Part shown: in pieces, positions 48,158 through 58,225 of the stretch
How the letters are laid out: each line of letters opens with the position of its first letter
Position numbering within the stretch: position 1 is the first letter of the stretch
Notes under the pieces: generated by a model
Told to the model about the DNA's origin: nothing
What the model saw: the letters and a program-made list of their open reading frames with translations, nothing else
The model's database searches: none
From: Spirochaetota bacterium
GTDB taxonomy: Bacteria; Spirochaetota; UBA4802; UBA5550
Length of the DNA: 64,000 nucleotides
NCBI GenBank assembly: GCA_040768125.1
Contig: JAXGNG010000002.1
Span: 359,291-423,290, forward strand
Reading direction: 5' to 3'
Made by a program: the position numbers and the translations under genes

Positions 48158-49117
48158 TTAATCATCGAAGCCGATTCTCCAGAGGGCCGTGCCCCTGAGG
48201 CGATACCGCCGCGCCAGGTCAGTCAGGAGGGACCGGGTTGTGGCGTCTGAAATATAGAGACGGCAGGTGCTTCCTCCACGGTTGAAATGGGCGAAAAGTG
48301 TTCCCGAAGGATCACGCGTGGCTCCCCGGGCCCTGGCGAGCGGTGCCCCCCGTTTCGCGGATATCGCCTCGGGCTTTCCTCCGCACCAGAGGTATCCGTA
48401 GGCGGGGATCCCGAGCCAGACCTGCTCAGGCTTCATGAACTTCAGGCAATGGCGGATGTTGTCCTCTGCCCAGGCAAGGTCGGTGACCGGGCCGGCTTCG
48501 CTATGGGGCCCATGGTAGTCATAGCACATAATGACCGCCTCGTCGATAAGGTGGCCGATTTTCCTCAAATCGTGAAACCTGCTCCATTTTTCAGGGAAAT
48601 CAACCTGGGGGAAGATGGCCATGGTGATCCTGCCCTTGTAACGCATTCTTATCCGGGTTAAAAGAAGGGCCAGCCTGTCCGCGTCTTCAGGGGGGAGGTA
48701 CTCGAAGTCGAGATGCACCCCCGGGAAGCCCTCGGCATGCGCGAGGTTGGAAATCGTCCTGGCGGCCAGTTCACGCGATTCCTCCGATGCGAGTATGCCG
48801 CGACCCCGGGCGGTCGAGGAAAAGGAAATCAGGGGATAGATGGCGAAACCGTGGCGTTTTGACAGGAAGGTGAGGCGCCTGAGAATATCCCTCCTCACGG
48901 GCGTTATCGTTCCAGGAGATTCGAGCCTGAATCCAGTCAGCGAGACCACGGTATAGCCGGGGAGCGCCTTTTCAAGATAGCCCCCACCGGCGGCTGAGGA
49001 GTGAACCAGGTATCCCCACCGGCAAGGCTCCTCCCCATCGGCGGGCGAGGGACCGCAGCGAAGGAGAAATAAAACCGTCATGGCCGCGATAAATGGTTGC
49101 CTCATGCCATGCATCAT
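48158..49117 (-). CDS. secreted glycoside-hydrolase-family-18-like protein
   Basis: Signal peptide, then a GH18-like catalytic region (GVHLDFEY D-x-E motif) and aromatic-rich barrel segments. Confidence 0.55.
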   Translation of the reverse strand: MMHGMRQPFIAAMTVLFLLRCGPSPADGEEPCRWGYLVHSSAAGGGYLEKALPGYTVVSLTGFRLESPGTITPVRRDILRRLTFLSKRHGFAIYPLISFSSTARGRGILASEESRELAARTISNLAHAEGFPGVHLDFEYLPPEDADRLALLLTRIRMRYKGRITMAIFPQVDFPEKWSRFHDLRKIGHLIDEAVIMCYDYHGPHSEAGPVTDLAWAEDNIRHCLKFMKPEQVWLGIPAYGYLWCGGKPEAISAKRGAPLARARGATRDPSGTLFAHFNRGGSTCRLYISDATTRSLLTDLARRYRLRGTALWRIGFDD

Positions 49118-49304
49118 GGTAGAATAATCCGGTCAGAGCAAGAATAAAACCGGAAAAAGCCTCCGGAGTCGAGGAATCCGGTTGCCACGGAAGGCGGGTT
49201 TTTATTGACAGTGCGGAATTTCCTGGATAATTTTATCAAGGAAGATGTCGGTTTATAAGATAATAATCATAGGGGGAACCACGTCACGTGAGGAACGAAC
49301 AACA

Positions 49305-49748
49305 ATGAAAAGAATATTCCGACATTTTTCAGTTTTCGCCGCTGCACTTATCGTGTCGGCCAACGTCACGTGCGCCAAGTTTGACGATCTTGACGATCAG
49401 AACCCGGTCTTGATCGTTAATATTGAAGTGACCGATCCCGTGGCCATCCCTATCAGCGCGACCCAGAAAGTGCATCTCATCTATTATGTAAACAAGAACT
49501 GGACCAATCCATGGCTTCAGCAGAGTTCAAGCACTTCCACGATCATAAATCCCGTGGTCCTGTCGAAGACACTGTATATCGCCGCATTCTGGGATGCCAA
49601 TTCAAATGGAGTGGTGGATGCGGGGGAACCCTGCACGGGATGGAAAAATGCGGATCACGCAGCGGCGGACGAGCTGGATATGCTCACACTTTTGCCCCTC
49701 GAATGGCGGGAGGTCACCATTACCCTTGATCCAGCGATAGTGTATTGA
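49305..49748 (+). CDS. secreted protein, paralog A of a tandem pair (147 aa)
   Basis: Signal peptide MKRIFRHFSVFAAALIVSANVTC; shared core NKNWTNPW...SSSTS...DANSNGVVDAGEPCTGW with paralog B. Confidence 0.55.
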   Translation: MKRIFRHFSVFAAALIVSANVTCAKFDDLDDQNPVLIVNIEVTDPVAIPISATQKVHLIYYVNKNWTNPWLQQSSSTSTIINPVVLSKTLYIAAFWDANSNGVVDAGEPCTGWKNADHAAADELDMLTLLPLEWREVTITLDPAIVY

Positions 49749-49789
49749 CAGAGGTCCGGTTATAATACCGTTTTCCGTGAGAGGACTAT

Positions 49790-50233
49790 ATGAAAAATAA
49801 TTTCAAACGAGCGGCATTGGCCATGGTGCTTTTCTTTCTTTTCGCCATCGTCAGCGCCTGCGACACGGCCGAGGATAAGAGTCCCTATCTCATCATCAAC
49901 GTCAATCTTGACGATATGGCACATCCGGTGAGCGCGGCGAACAAGCTTTTCCTGGTGTTCTATCTTCATAATAACTGGACGGGTAAATGGCTATCCATGT
50001 CATCTTCGACGCGTATGTTCGTGACGCCACGTCTTACCATCGGGAGCTTTCCGTTTTACTTCGAGGTGATCTACGATGACAACGGCGACGGGGAGCCCTC
50101 GACCGGCGATCTCTACCAGGGGTGGAACGGAGCAATCGACCGGACGTCCGATACGCTTACCACCGTACTTCTTCCCAAGACCGACTTGATGATACTGAAC
50201 ATTGATCTTGACAACAATGGCGTAATGCCTTAA
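49790..50233 (+). CDS. lipoprotein, paralog B of the tandem pair (147 aa)
   Basis: Lipobox-like AIVSAC; core HNNWTGKW...SSSTR...DDNGDGEPSTGDLYQGW aligns with paralog A. Strong TATAAT at ~49763. Confidence 0.6.
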   Translation: MKNNFKRAALAMVLFFLFAIVSACDTAEDKSPYLIINVNLDDMAHPVSAANKLFLVFYLHNNWTGKWLSMSSSTRMFVTPRLTIGSFPFYFEVIYDDNGDGEPSTGDLYQGWNGAIDRTSDTLTTVLLPKTDLMILNIDLDNNGVMP

Positions 50234-50316
50234 TCAACACCGCCTCACATGGTGCGCCGGCGGGGCCCCGCCCACGCCGTCAGCCCTGGGAATAAGCGAT
50301 GCCGGAGGGGAGGGCA

Positions 50317-50631
50317 ATGACGGGACTTTCCGCCGATGAGAAGCGACGCCTCAAGACAAGGGCCCACCATCTCAGGCCGGTGGTGTATATCGGCCGTGGC
50401 GGCATGAGCGGCGCCGTGATAGAGGCGACCGACAGGGCCCTGGGTGACCACGGACTTATCAAGGTGAAATTCATAGACTGCAAGGATGAGAAGAAAGATC
50501 TCGCCGAAGAGCTTGCAGGGTCGACGGGAAGCTTTCTGGTTACGATCATCGGAAATATCGCCATTCTCTTCCGGCCTGATGATGTTACACCCGCCGCAGG
50601 AAATACCGGCCGCATCCCGCATTCTTCTTGA
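50317..50631 (+). CDS. yhbY: YhbY/CRS1-type CRM-domain RNA-binding protein
   Basis: LSADEKRRLKTRAHHLRPVVYIGRGGMSGAVIEATDRALGDHGLIKVKF matches YhbY. Confidence 0.75.
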   Translation: MTGLSADEKRRLKTRAHHLRPVVYIGRGGMSGAVIEATDRALGDHGLIKVKFIDCKDEKKDLAEELAGSTGSFLVTIIGNIAILFRPDDVTPAAGNTGRIPHSS

Positions 50632-50722
50632 CAATAGCCGCGACCCTCTTCAAGTTGCCGCAATGGAGCGGCGCCCATGCCGCTGCGAAAGGGACACGGG
50701 GCGCGCGCCGGGGAGGTAGATC

Positions 50723-51736
50723 ATGAAAAAGTACAACGTCGTCATCATGGGCGCAACGGGAGCGGTGGGTATTGAATTCAGGAAAATCCTGCTTGAGCGC
50801 AACTTCCCCGTGGGATCGATGAAATTCCTCGGATTGACCACCGTGGGAAGGGAGTACGATTTCGGGGGACGTACGGTGCGTTCCGAAGCCGTCGTTGACG
50901 GCTGCTTCAGGGGGTCGGAAATCGCGCTCTTTTCAGCCGGCGGCGATATAAGCAGGAAGGTTGCCCGGCGGGCAGTGGAGGAGGGGTGCGTCGTTATCGA
51001 CAACAGCTCGGCGTGGCGGATGGATCCCGATGTGCCCCTCGTGGTTCCAGAGGTCAACCCTGACGATGTGGACCGTCATGCGGGGATCATCGCGAATCCC
51101 AACTGTTCCACGATACAGATGGTGGTCGCCCTCAAGCCGATCCACGACGCCGCGCGCATCAGGAGGGTCGTCGTCAGCACCTACCAGGCGGTATCGGGCA
51201 CGGGCCTGAAGGCGATTGAAGAATGCATGGACCAGACCGGCGACATCGTCGCCGGGAGGAACGTCCCGGCTCCCAAGGTGTATCCTCACCGGATAGCCTT
51301 CAACGTCCTCCCCCAGATCGATGTCTTCCTTGAAAACGGTTATACCAAGGAAGAGATGAAAATGGTGAACGAAACCAGGAAGATCATGGGTGATGATTCC
51401 ATAGGGGTGACCGCCACCACGGTCAGGGTCCCTGTGCTTTACGGCCATTCAGAATCGGTGAACGTGGAAACGGAGAAAAAGCTTTCAGCGGGCGAGGCAA
51501 GAGAACTGCTCGCGGGAGCCCCGGGCGTGACGGTGATCGATGACCCGGGGTCAAAGGAGTATCCCATGCCTATCCACGCGGCCGGGAAGGACGATGTATT
51601 TGTGGGCCGTATAAGAGAGGATGATTCCATACCCAACGGGATCAACCTCTGGATCGTATCCGATAACATCAGGAAAGGAGCGGCGCTCAACGCGATCCAG
51701 ATCGCCGAACTCCTGATCAAAAAAGGGAAAATCTAA
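50723..51736 (+). CDS. asd: aspartate-semialdehyde dehydrogenase
   Basis: MGATGAVG N-terminus, active-site IANPNCSTI, and the YQAVSGTG block. Confidence 0.9.
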   Translation: MKKYNVVIMGATGAVGIEFRKILLERNFPVGSMKFLGLTTVGREYDFGGRTVRSEAVVDGCFRGSEIALFSAGGDISRKVARRAVEEGCVVIDNSSAWRMDPDVPLVVPEVNPDDVDRHAGIIANPNCSTIQMVVALKPIHDAARIRRVVVSTYQAVSGTGLKAIEECMDQTGDIVAGRNVPAPKVYPHRIAFNVLPQIDVFLENGYTKEEMKMVNETRKIMGDDSIGVTATTVRVPVLYGHSESVNVETEKKLSAGEARELLAGAPGVTVIDDPGSKEYPMPIHAAGKDDVFVGRIREDDSIPNGINLWIVSDNIRKGAALNAIQIAELLIKKGKI

Positions 51737-51764
51737 ACCATCGAGCTTGTTTTTGAATAACAAA

Positions 51765-51797
51765 AGCCCCGGAGCGCCATCTCCGGGGCTTTTGTTA
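51765..51797 (+). terminator. Rho-independent terminator after asd
   Basis: AGCCCCGGAG–CGCCAT–CTCCGGGGCT hairpin followed by TTTGTT. Confidence 0.6.
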
Positions 51798-52087
51798 TTC
51801 AGGACAATCCCCGCGGACAGAGCGGATGGGAGGGACGCGGCCGCTTGTTCAATGAACCGGGAGCCGACATGACGAATAGCATCGCGATATTGATTGATGA
51901 TCCATAATTATTGCTGAATTTATGTACAATTGCTTAATATTTATAGTAATTATTACGAAAATTATTATAGCAATAATTATCAGATTATGATATCATATAC
52001 TTCACATTGTCTAGCTCATTGAGAAATGGATTCACGGGAGACGGGTGTGGGATACTATTCCCTGATAAAGAGTAGCAGACGGACACT

Positions 52088-53812
52088 ATGAAAAAAATTC
52101 TTTGCTATTTCGATCCTACTGTGAAAAGGATCCTGGTTGAAAAAGTAACGGAAAGCGGAGAGAAAAAGATCGTCCTCTCGTCGCCCCACAATTTCGTGTA
52201 TACATCTGAGATCGTAGCCAGGGTGATCAATATCGACGACGAAGAGCAGATCCCCACCAGGCTTGATCCAGGGTACAGCTACTATCGCGTCCTGGATTTC
52301 CAGACGATCAAGGCGGATACCGGAATATACTACGATGAGTCGGCAAACGCCTACAAGGCAGCGGAATACGGTTTCGTGGTTCTTGATAACCAGAAGCTGC
52401 GGTGGATATCGCCCCTCTCGGTGAGCAGGGACAAGCTGAAGGCCTACTATTCCATCTACCCCACCAAAACGGGAAGGATCCCCGCCTATGCGGACATCGA
52501 GGAGGCCCTGCACCGTTACAAGATACTGTCACGCGTGGAGAAGCGTCAGGTCGAGGAACAGCTCCAGTCGATCAATCCCGACCAGCCGAGATTCACCAGG
52601 ATACTCGTTGCCCAGGGGAAGGAGCCGGTAAACGGGCACGATGAATACTTTCTTCCGCTCCTCAATTTCCAGAAGAAGGCCGGAGAAATCAAGGAGGACG
52701 GGAGCATTGATTTCAAGGAGGTCGGCTCAATAGTCGAGGTCAAGAAGGGCCAGGATATACTGAAGAGGGTACCGGGCGTCAAGGCCGTTGACGGGTATGA
52801 TATATACGGGGATAAATCCATCGCCAAGTTCGAGCGGGTCGAGGGATATGCGAAAGGAGAAAACATAGAGCAGGGCCCCTCTGATGAAAATATCTTCGTC
52901 GCCTCGATCGATGGATGCCTCGACGTGGACGGAAGGAGGGTCTCGGTTCTTCCCATCGCGTTTATACACGGCGACGTGAATTACGAAACGGGCAACATCG
53001 ATTTTGACGGATCGGTCCACATAATGGGGTCGGTGCTTCCAGGTTTCAGCGTGAAGGCGAAGGGCGACGTTATCGTTGAAAAAAACGTCGACGACTCTCA
53101 TATTGAGGCGCAGGGCGACATCACGGTGAAGATGGGAGTCGTGGGCAAGGAAAACGCGGTGCTCGTCGCCGGGGGAAAAGTTGTGGCCAAGTACCTCCTG
53201 AACGCCAGGGTGGAGGCGGCCGGCGAAATCATCGTGGATGATTCGATAATAAATTCTAACGTCTTTTCCAACTTTCGGGTAAGCGTTGTGGCCCGGCAGG
53301 GAAAGATAATCGGGGGGAAGACCACGGCCCTCTACGAGATAGTGATCAACGTGTCAGGGTCGCCAAACGAAACCGAGACCCAGCTTTCCGTGGGAAGGAA
53401 CCTTTTCATCGAGAAGGAGCTGGAGGAAGTCCAGAAGGAGATCATCACGTGGAGAAAGGCGGTTGATGAATCGATGCGCCAGCTCAAGGTGAGTTTCGGC
53501 GAAGCGGTCTTCGAAAATCCCAAGGAATACATCTCGAAGCTTCCCGGCATGAAAAAAAAGAACTGTCTTCTCATGCTCAAGGATTTGAGCGACAAGAACA
53601 GCGAACTCAAGAAACACCTTGAGGTGAGCAGGGAGATCCAGGAGCGGCTGAAGCTGGAACGTGAACCGTGCATAATCATTAAAAACAAGGCCTATCCCGG
53701 CACCATCGTCAGCATAAAGAAGAGCATCAAACGCGTTGAAAGCATCATCGACAACGTGAAATACTACGAGGACACGGAAGCGAAGATCATTCGATTCAGT
53801 CCCGCAGTATGA
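52088..53812 (+). CDS. DUF342 (FapA-like) family protein
   Basis: 574 aa with the DUF342 beta-helix-like repeats (GDVNYETGNIDFDGSVHIMGSV..., GDVIVEKNVDDSHIEAQGDITV..., GKVVAKYLLNARVEAAGEIIV) and a C-terminal coiled coil. Confidence 0.7.
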   Translation: MKKILCYFDPTVKRILVEKVTESGEKKIVLSSPHNFVYTSEIVARVINIDDEEQIPTRLDPGYSYYRVLDFQTIKADTGIYYDESANAYKAAEYGFVVLDNQKLRWISPLSVSRDKLKAYYSIYPTKTGRIPAYADIEEALHRYKILSRVEKRQVEEQLQSINPDQPRFTRILVAQGKEPVNGHDEYFLPLLNFQKKAGEIKEDGSIDFKEVGSIVEVKKGQDILKRVPGVKAVDGYDIYGDKSIAKFERVEGYAKGENIEQGPSDENIFVASIDGCLDVDGRRVSVLPIAFIHGDVNYETGNIDFDGSVHIMGSVLPGFSVKAKGDVIVEKNVDDSHIEAQGDITVKMGVVGKENAVLVAGGKVVAKYLLNARVEAAGEIIVDDSIINSNVFSNFRVSVVARQGKIIGGKTTALYEIVINVSGSPNETETQLSVGRNLFIEKELEEVQKEIITWRKAVDESMRQLKVSFGEAVFENPKEYISKLPGMKKKNCLLMLKDLSDKNSELKKHLEVSREIQERLKLEREPCIIIKNKAYPGTIVSIKKSIKRVESIIDNVKYYEDTEAKIIRFSPAV

Positions 53813-53971
53813 TTTCCCCGGGCCGCATATTCTCCGCAGATCGCCGGAATTTATTTGACAAACTTTTACCGTGTACCTTAATGTCCCTACCGGACCATGG
53901 CATGTTATGCAGGGACCGGATTCGGTGGTCGATAATTTCGGCCGCATCGAGTATTTAATTGGAGGTTGCAC

Positions 53972-54181
53972 ATGCTTACCGATTTCGGAACCGTCAATCT
54001 TGCCCTGATCGGAAACCTCGGTCCGTGGGAGCTGGCACTGATTTTCCTTATCGTGCTTGTGGTGTTTGGCGCTAACAAGCTCCCGAAGATTGCCAAGGAC
54101 CTCGGCAGCGGGATCCGGGAATTCAAAAAATCGATTTCCGGTGAAAGCGATGAAAAAAAAGAAGAATCAAAAAAGGAGTGA
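53972..54181 (+). CDS. tatA: twin-arginine translocase subunit TatA/E
   Basis: N-terminal TM GPWELALIFLIVLVVFGANKLP then amphipathic KIAKDLGSGIREFKK. An alternative start lies at 53966. Confidence 0.75.
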   Translation: MLTDFGTVNLALIGNLGPWELALIFLIVLVVFGANKLPKIAKDLGSGIREFKKSISGESDEKKEESKKE

Positions 54182-54263
54182 AAGGCTGCGACGTGTCCCG
54201 CCCTTCGAACAGACGTCGGCGTTTCGCGGAAGGTAGGAAAAATCTTTTTCAGGAGCGCTGTGC

Positions 54264-54770
54264 ATGAGGCCCTACAAGGTAGATGATGCGGGAGAGCAAA
54301 TTCTCGACATCCTCCACAGGAACGCGAAATTGGATGCCGAGGATATCGCCCGCCAGGTGGATCTTCCCGTGGCGGAAGTGAATAAACGGATCCAGAAATT
54401 CGAAAAGGACAACATCATTCTCGGGTATCATGCCGGCATCAACTGGCAGAGAATTCGCCTCAACGAAGTAAAGGCGCTTATCGAGGTAAAGGTAAAACCG
54501 GAACGCAAGGTGGGCTTTGACTCCGTGGCGGAATCGATCTACCGGTTTCCAGAGGTCTGTTCGGTCTACCTGATGTCGGGGGGATATGATCTTCTCGTGC
54601 AGGTGGTCGGCGAGAACCTCCGCGAAGTGGCGCAATTTGTTTCCGAAAAGCTCGCCACGCTGAACGGCGTGCAATCGACGGTATCGCATTTTCTGCTGAA
54701 AAAATACAAGGAAGACGGCATCATCCTGGTGGACCAGCATGAATCCAAGCGCCTGCCGGTGACCCTGTAG
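54264..54770 (+). CDS. Lrp/AsnC-family transcriptional regulator
   Basis: N-terminal HTH (ILDILHRNAKLDAEDIARQVDLPVAEVNKRIQKF) and C-terminal RAM domain. Confidence 0.85.
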   Translation: MRPYKVDDAGEQILDILHRNAKLDAEDIARQVDLPVAEVNKRIQKFEKDNIILGYHAGINWQRIRLNEVKALIEVKVKPERKVGFDSVAESIYRFPEVCSVYLMSGGYDLLVQVVGENLREVAQFVSEKLATLNGVQSTVSHFLLKKYKEDGIILVDQHESKRLPVTL

Positions 54771-54828
54771 GCATTCACCTCCCGGACCGGGGCCCGGGGG
54801 CGCGCGTCCGCGCCCCTTTCAACGTACC

Positions 54829-55563
54829 ATGCAGAAGATCAGACACGTCTATCGGAGGCTTCTCCGTTTCCATGGGCCGCAGGGATGGTGGCCCATCCTC
54901 GATCCGGAACGTGGATCAGGCACCTATCATCTGAACGCCCCGCGGAACGGATCTGAGGTGTTCGAGATATGCGCCGGGGCCATTCTTACCCAGAATGTAG
55001 CGTGGAAAAACGCCGAGAAGGCCCTGTGCAATCTCAAGCGGGCGGGAATGCTCGGTCCGGAAGAGATTGAAGGTGCGAAGCTTCAGGACCTTGGCGCGAT
55101 GATCCGCTCAGCAGGATATTACAATCAGAAAGCGAAAAAGCTGAAGCACTTCACCGCCTGGTACCGGCGCTTCGGCTATAACGCATCGGCCCTTGCCGCC
55201 CTGAACCGGGACCTCCTCAGGAGCGAACTGCTCGCCGTATCGGGCATCGGCCCTGAGACCGCGGATTCGATTCTCCTCTACGCCCTCGGCATGACAACAT
55301 TCGTTGTAGACGCATACACGAAGAGGATATTCACCCGCATCGGAATGGTTCGCCGGGGTGAGGGCTACGAGGGGATCCGCACCATGGTGCATCGCCTCTT
55401 CCCGTCCCCGGCGTCAGTATATAACGAATTTCACGCCCTCATCGTCGCCCACGGGAAGGATTACTGCACCAAACGTCCCTCCTGCGCCGACTGCTGCCTC
55501 GAGCCGCTCTGTGCGAAAATCCTTGACGATGCCGCGCCCGCGGGTATACTGCCTCAATCCTGA
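54829..55563 (+). CDS. HhH-GPD base-excision glycosylase (endonuclease III-like, with Fe-S Cys loop)
   Basis: HhH-GPD region [35 protein letters not shown] and C-terminal Cys cluster [16 protein letters not shown]. Confidence 0.75.
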   Translation: MQKIRHVYRRLLRFHGPQGWWPILDPERGSGTYHLNAPRNGSEVFEICAGAILTQNVAWKNAEKALCNLKRAGMLGPEEIEGAKLQDLGAMIRSAGYYNQKAKKLKHFTAWYRRFGYNASALAALNRDLLRSELLAVSGIGPETADSILLYALGMTTFVVDAYTKRIFTRIGMVRRGEGYEGIRTMVHRLFPSPASVYNEFHALIVAHGKDYCTKRPSCADCCLEPLCAKILDDAAPAGILPQS

Positions 55564-55585
55564 ACCATCAGCGGAGTTACCGGGC

Positions 55586-57211
55586 ATGACAACACGCGAC
55601 TCTACCGCCACGAAGGAATGGCAGGCCCTCCGGGTCCACCATGACGAGGTGAAGGGAATGACCCTGGGCGAGCTCTTTGCATCAGATCCCGCCAGGGCGG
55701 GGGCCTTTACGGTCAGTGAGTGCGGCCTTCTGATGGACTATTCAAAAAACCGGGTCACCGCCAGGACAATGGCGCTCCTGAACGATCTTGCCATGTCGCG
55801 CGGCCTTGAAAAGGAAATCGCCCGGATGTTCGGCGGCGAAAAGATAAACGCCACCGAGGGGAGGGCGGTCCTCCATGTCGCCCTGAGGAACCTCGGCGGG
55901 GACCCGATTATCCTTGACGGAATTGACGTGATGCCCGGTGTGCGCGCCGTCCTGGAGAGGATGAGGGAATTCTCCGACGAAATCCGGGACGGGAACTGGA
56001 AGGGTCATACGGGCCGTCCCGTGAGGAATATCGTTAATATCGGCATCGGGGGCTCGGACCTGGGGCCTTCGATGGCAACGGAGGCCCTGGCCTTCTATTC
56101 GCGGCGGGAGCTGCGCTCCTTTTTCGTCTCGAACGTCGACGGAAGCCATATCATGGAGACCCTGCGGGGACTCGATCCCGAGGAGACGCTCTTTATCGTC
56201 GCATCGAAGACCTTCACCACCCAGGAAACCATGGCCAATGCCGCCACGGCGCGGCGATGGGTAGTCGATTCCCTCGGAAGCGATGCCGCCGTCCGCCGGC
56301 ATTTCGTTGCCGTGTCCACCAATTCTTCGGCGGTGGCCGCCTTCGGAATAGACCGCGAGCGAATGTTCGAGTTCTGGGACTGGGTGGGGGGGAGGTACTC
56401 CCTCGCTTCGGCAATAGGCCTTTCGCTGATGATCTCGATAGGTCCGGAGCGTTTCTTCGAAATGCTCGAGGGCATGCATGAGATGGACATGCATTTTCTC
56501 CGGACGCCCTTCACGCGCAACATGCCGGTCATACTCGCCCTTATCGGGATATGGCACGTGAACTTTTTCGGAGCGGAATCCTGCGCGGTACTTCCCTACG
56601 ACCAGTACCTTCGGCGATTCCCCGCCTACCTGCAGCAGGCGGACATGGAATCGAACGGCAAGGGCACCGATCGAGACGGGAACAGGGTCAACTACGCGAC
56701 GGGGCCCGTTGTCTGGGGCGAGCCCGGTACCAACGGGCAACACGCGTTTTACCAGCTCCTTCACCAGGGAACAAGGCTGGTCCCGGTTGATTTCATCGGC
56801 TTCGCGAGCCCCCTCTGGGAGGCGGGGAACCACCACCGGCTTCTTGTGGCGCATATGATCGCCCAGGCCGAGGCACTTGCCTTCGGAAAAAGCGCCGATC
56901 AGCTTCGCGCGGAACACATACCCGAAAGGCTGATCCCCTTCAGGACATTCGAGGGGAACAGGCCCTCCACGGTCATCCTCGCCGATCGACTCGACCCGCG
57001 TACCCTGGGCAAGCTCATCGCGCTTTACGAGCACAAGATATTCGTCCAGGGGATCATCTGGAACATATATTCATTCGACCAGTGGGGAGTGGAACTGGGC
57101 AAGGCCCTGGCGAACAGGATAATTGGTGAATTCGAGCAGGGGCGCTGGCATGACGGGGGCCACGATTCCTCCACGAGCGCCCTGATGCGTTACTGCCTGG
57201 AACGCGGGTAA
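55586..57211 (+). CDS. pgi: glucose-6-phosphate isomerase
   Basis: 541 aa with PGI signature regions ([23 protein letters not shown], catalytic Glu/His/Lys context). The ORF's 5' extension from 55358 is rejected. Confidence 0.9.
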   Translation: MTTRDSTATKEWQALRVHHDEVKGMTLGELFASDPARAGAFTVSECGLLMDYSKNRVTARTMALLNDLAMSRGLEKEIARMFGGEKINATEGRAVLHVALRNLGGDPIILDGIDVMPGVRAVLERMREFSDEIRDGNWKGHTGRPVRNIVNIGIGGSDLGPSMATEALAFYSRRELRSFFVSNVDGSHIMETLRGLDPEETLFIVASKTFTTQETMANAATARRWVVDSLGSDAAVRRHFVAVSTNSSAVAAFGIDRERMFEFWDWVGGRYSLASAIGLSLMISIGPERFFEMLEGMHEMDMHFLRTPFTRNMPVILALIGIWHVNFFGAESCAVLPYDQYLRRFPAYLQQADMESNGKGTDRDGNRVNYATGPVVWGEPGTNGQHAFYQLLHQGTRLVPVDFIGFASPLWEAGNHHRLLVAHMIAQAEALAFGKSADQLRAEHIPERLIPFRTFEGNRPSTVILADRLDPRTLGKLIALYEHKIFVQGIIWNIYSFDQWGVELGKALANRIIGEFEQGRWHDGGHDSSTSALMRYCLERG

Positions 57212-57217
57212 ACGGCG

Positions 57218-58141
57218 ATGTCCGCGCGCATGGGTGGTTCAGGCGGCGCAGGGTCGCGCGACGAGTCGAAGCTGCGGCAGTATGACATGCTCATCGCCGA
57301 GGCGAACACCATACGGGAGAAGGACAAGGTCCTCGTCCGGGGGCTCCTGCAGAGCTTTTACGGAAAGAAGCTCAACGTCGGGATCGGCTTCGAGCGCTCG
57401 GCCGGTTCGATTCTTTCCGGAGATTATTTCGACCTCATCAAGCTCCCCGACGGAAACTACCTCTTTATTTTCGCCGACATCAGCGGACACGGTCTTCCCG
57501 CCTATACCACGCTGGTGCGGCTCAGGTCCGCCGTAACCATTTGCGTGGGAGAGACCAGGCGGATCTACGAGCAGGCGGAAACGGTGGACACCGATTTTCT
57601 CGTGCGGGACATCAGCGCGAAGTTCACGGATATAATGGAGGGGGCCAATTCCCAGGATTTCGCCTCCGTGCTCTTCACCTTCATTTACAACGAGGGAGAC
57701 AAGTACCATCTGAGGTTCTATAACCGGAGCATGCTGTTTCCCGTTATTATCCGAAAATTCGAAAGGCGGATCATGGGCGTCTATGATCTCAACAACCATG
57801 AAAAAGGGTGGATCCCGAGAAAGGGGTATCTCCTGAGCGTCGATGTAAAAACCCTCACGGGAGCGGGATACATGGTCACCCCGCCCTGCGAGTTCACTCT
57901 TTATGAGGGCGATTCGATCCTCTATTTCAGCGACGGGATTGTGGAGGCCTGCGATAGGGACCGCAACGGTGATGATTTTGGAATACACCGGATCACGAGG
58001 GTGCTTACTGAATACAATAACCTCATGCCCCAGGTGATCGTGCAGGAACTCTTCACTTCCGTGTACGACCACATCGGTGGCCAGGAGAACCAGAAAGACG
58101 ACATGACGGCAGTCCTCATCGATTTCCCGCACATACGATAG
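57218..58141 (+). CDS. PP2C/SpoIIE-family serine phosphatase
   Basis: Motifs SGDYFD, FADISGHG, FSDGIVEA and DDMTAVLIDF. Starts 6 nt after the pgi stop. Confidence 0.75.
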   Translation: MSARMGGSGGAGSRDESKLRQYDMLIAEANTIREKDKVLVRGLLQSFYGKKLNVGIGFERSAGSILSGDYFDLIKLPDGNYLFIFADISGHGLPAYTTLVRLRSAVTICVGETRRIYEQAETVDTDFLVRDISAKFTDIMEGANSQDFASVLFTFIYNEGDKYHLRFYNRSMLFPVIIRKFERRIMGVYDLNNHEKGWIPRKGYLLSVDVKTLTGAGYMVTPPCEFTLYEGDSILYFSDGIVEACDRDRNGDDFGIHRITRVLTEYNNLMPQVIVQELFTSVYDHIGGQENQKDDMTAVLIDFPHIR

Positions 58142-58225
58142 CCAGGCCCGGAAGAGGGCGCGGCGCCCCGGATGAGATCCGCCACGGCGGGCGCTTCAGG
58201 CCGGTCGATCCGGGCCATAACCGCG

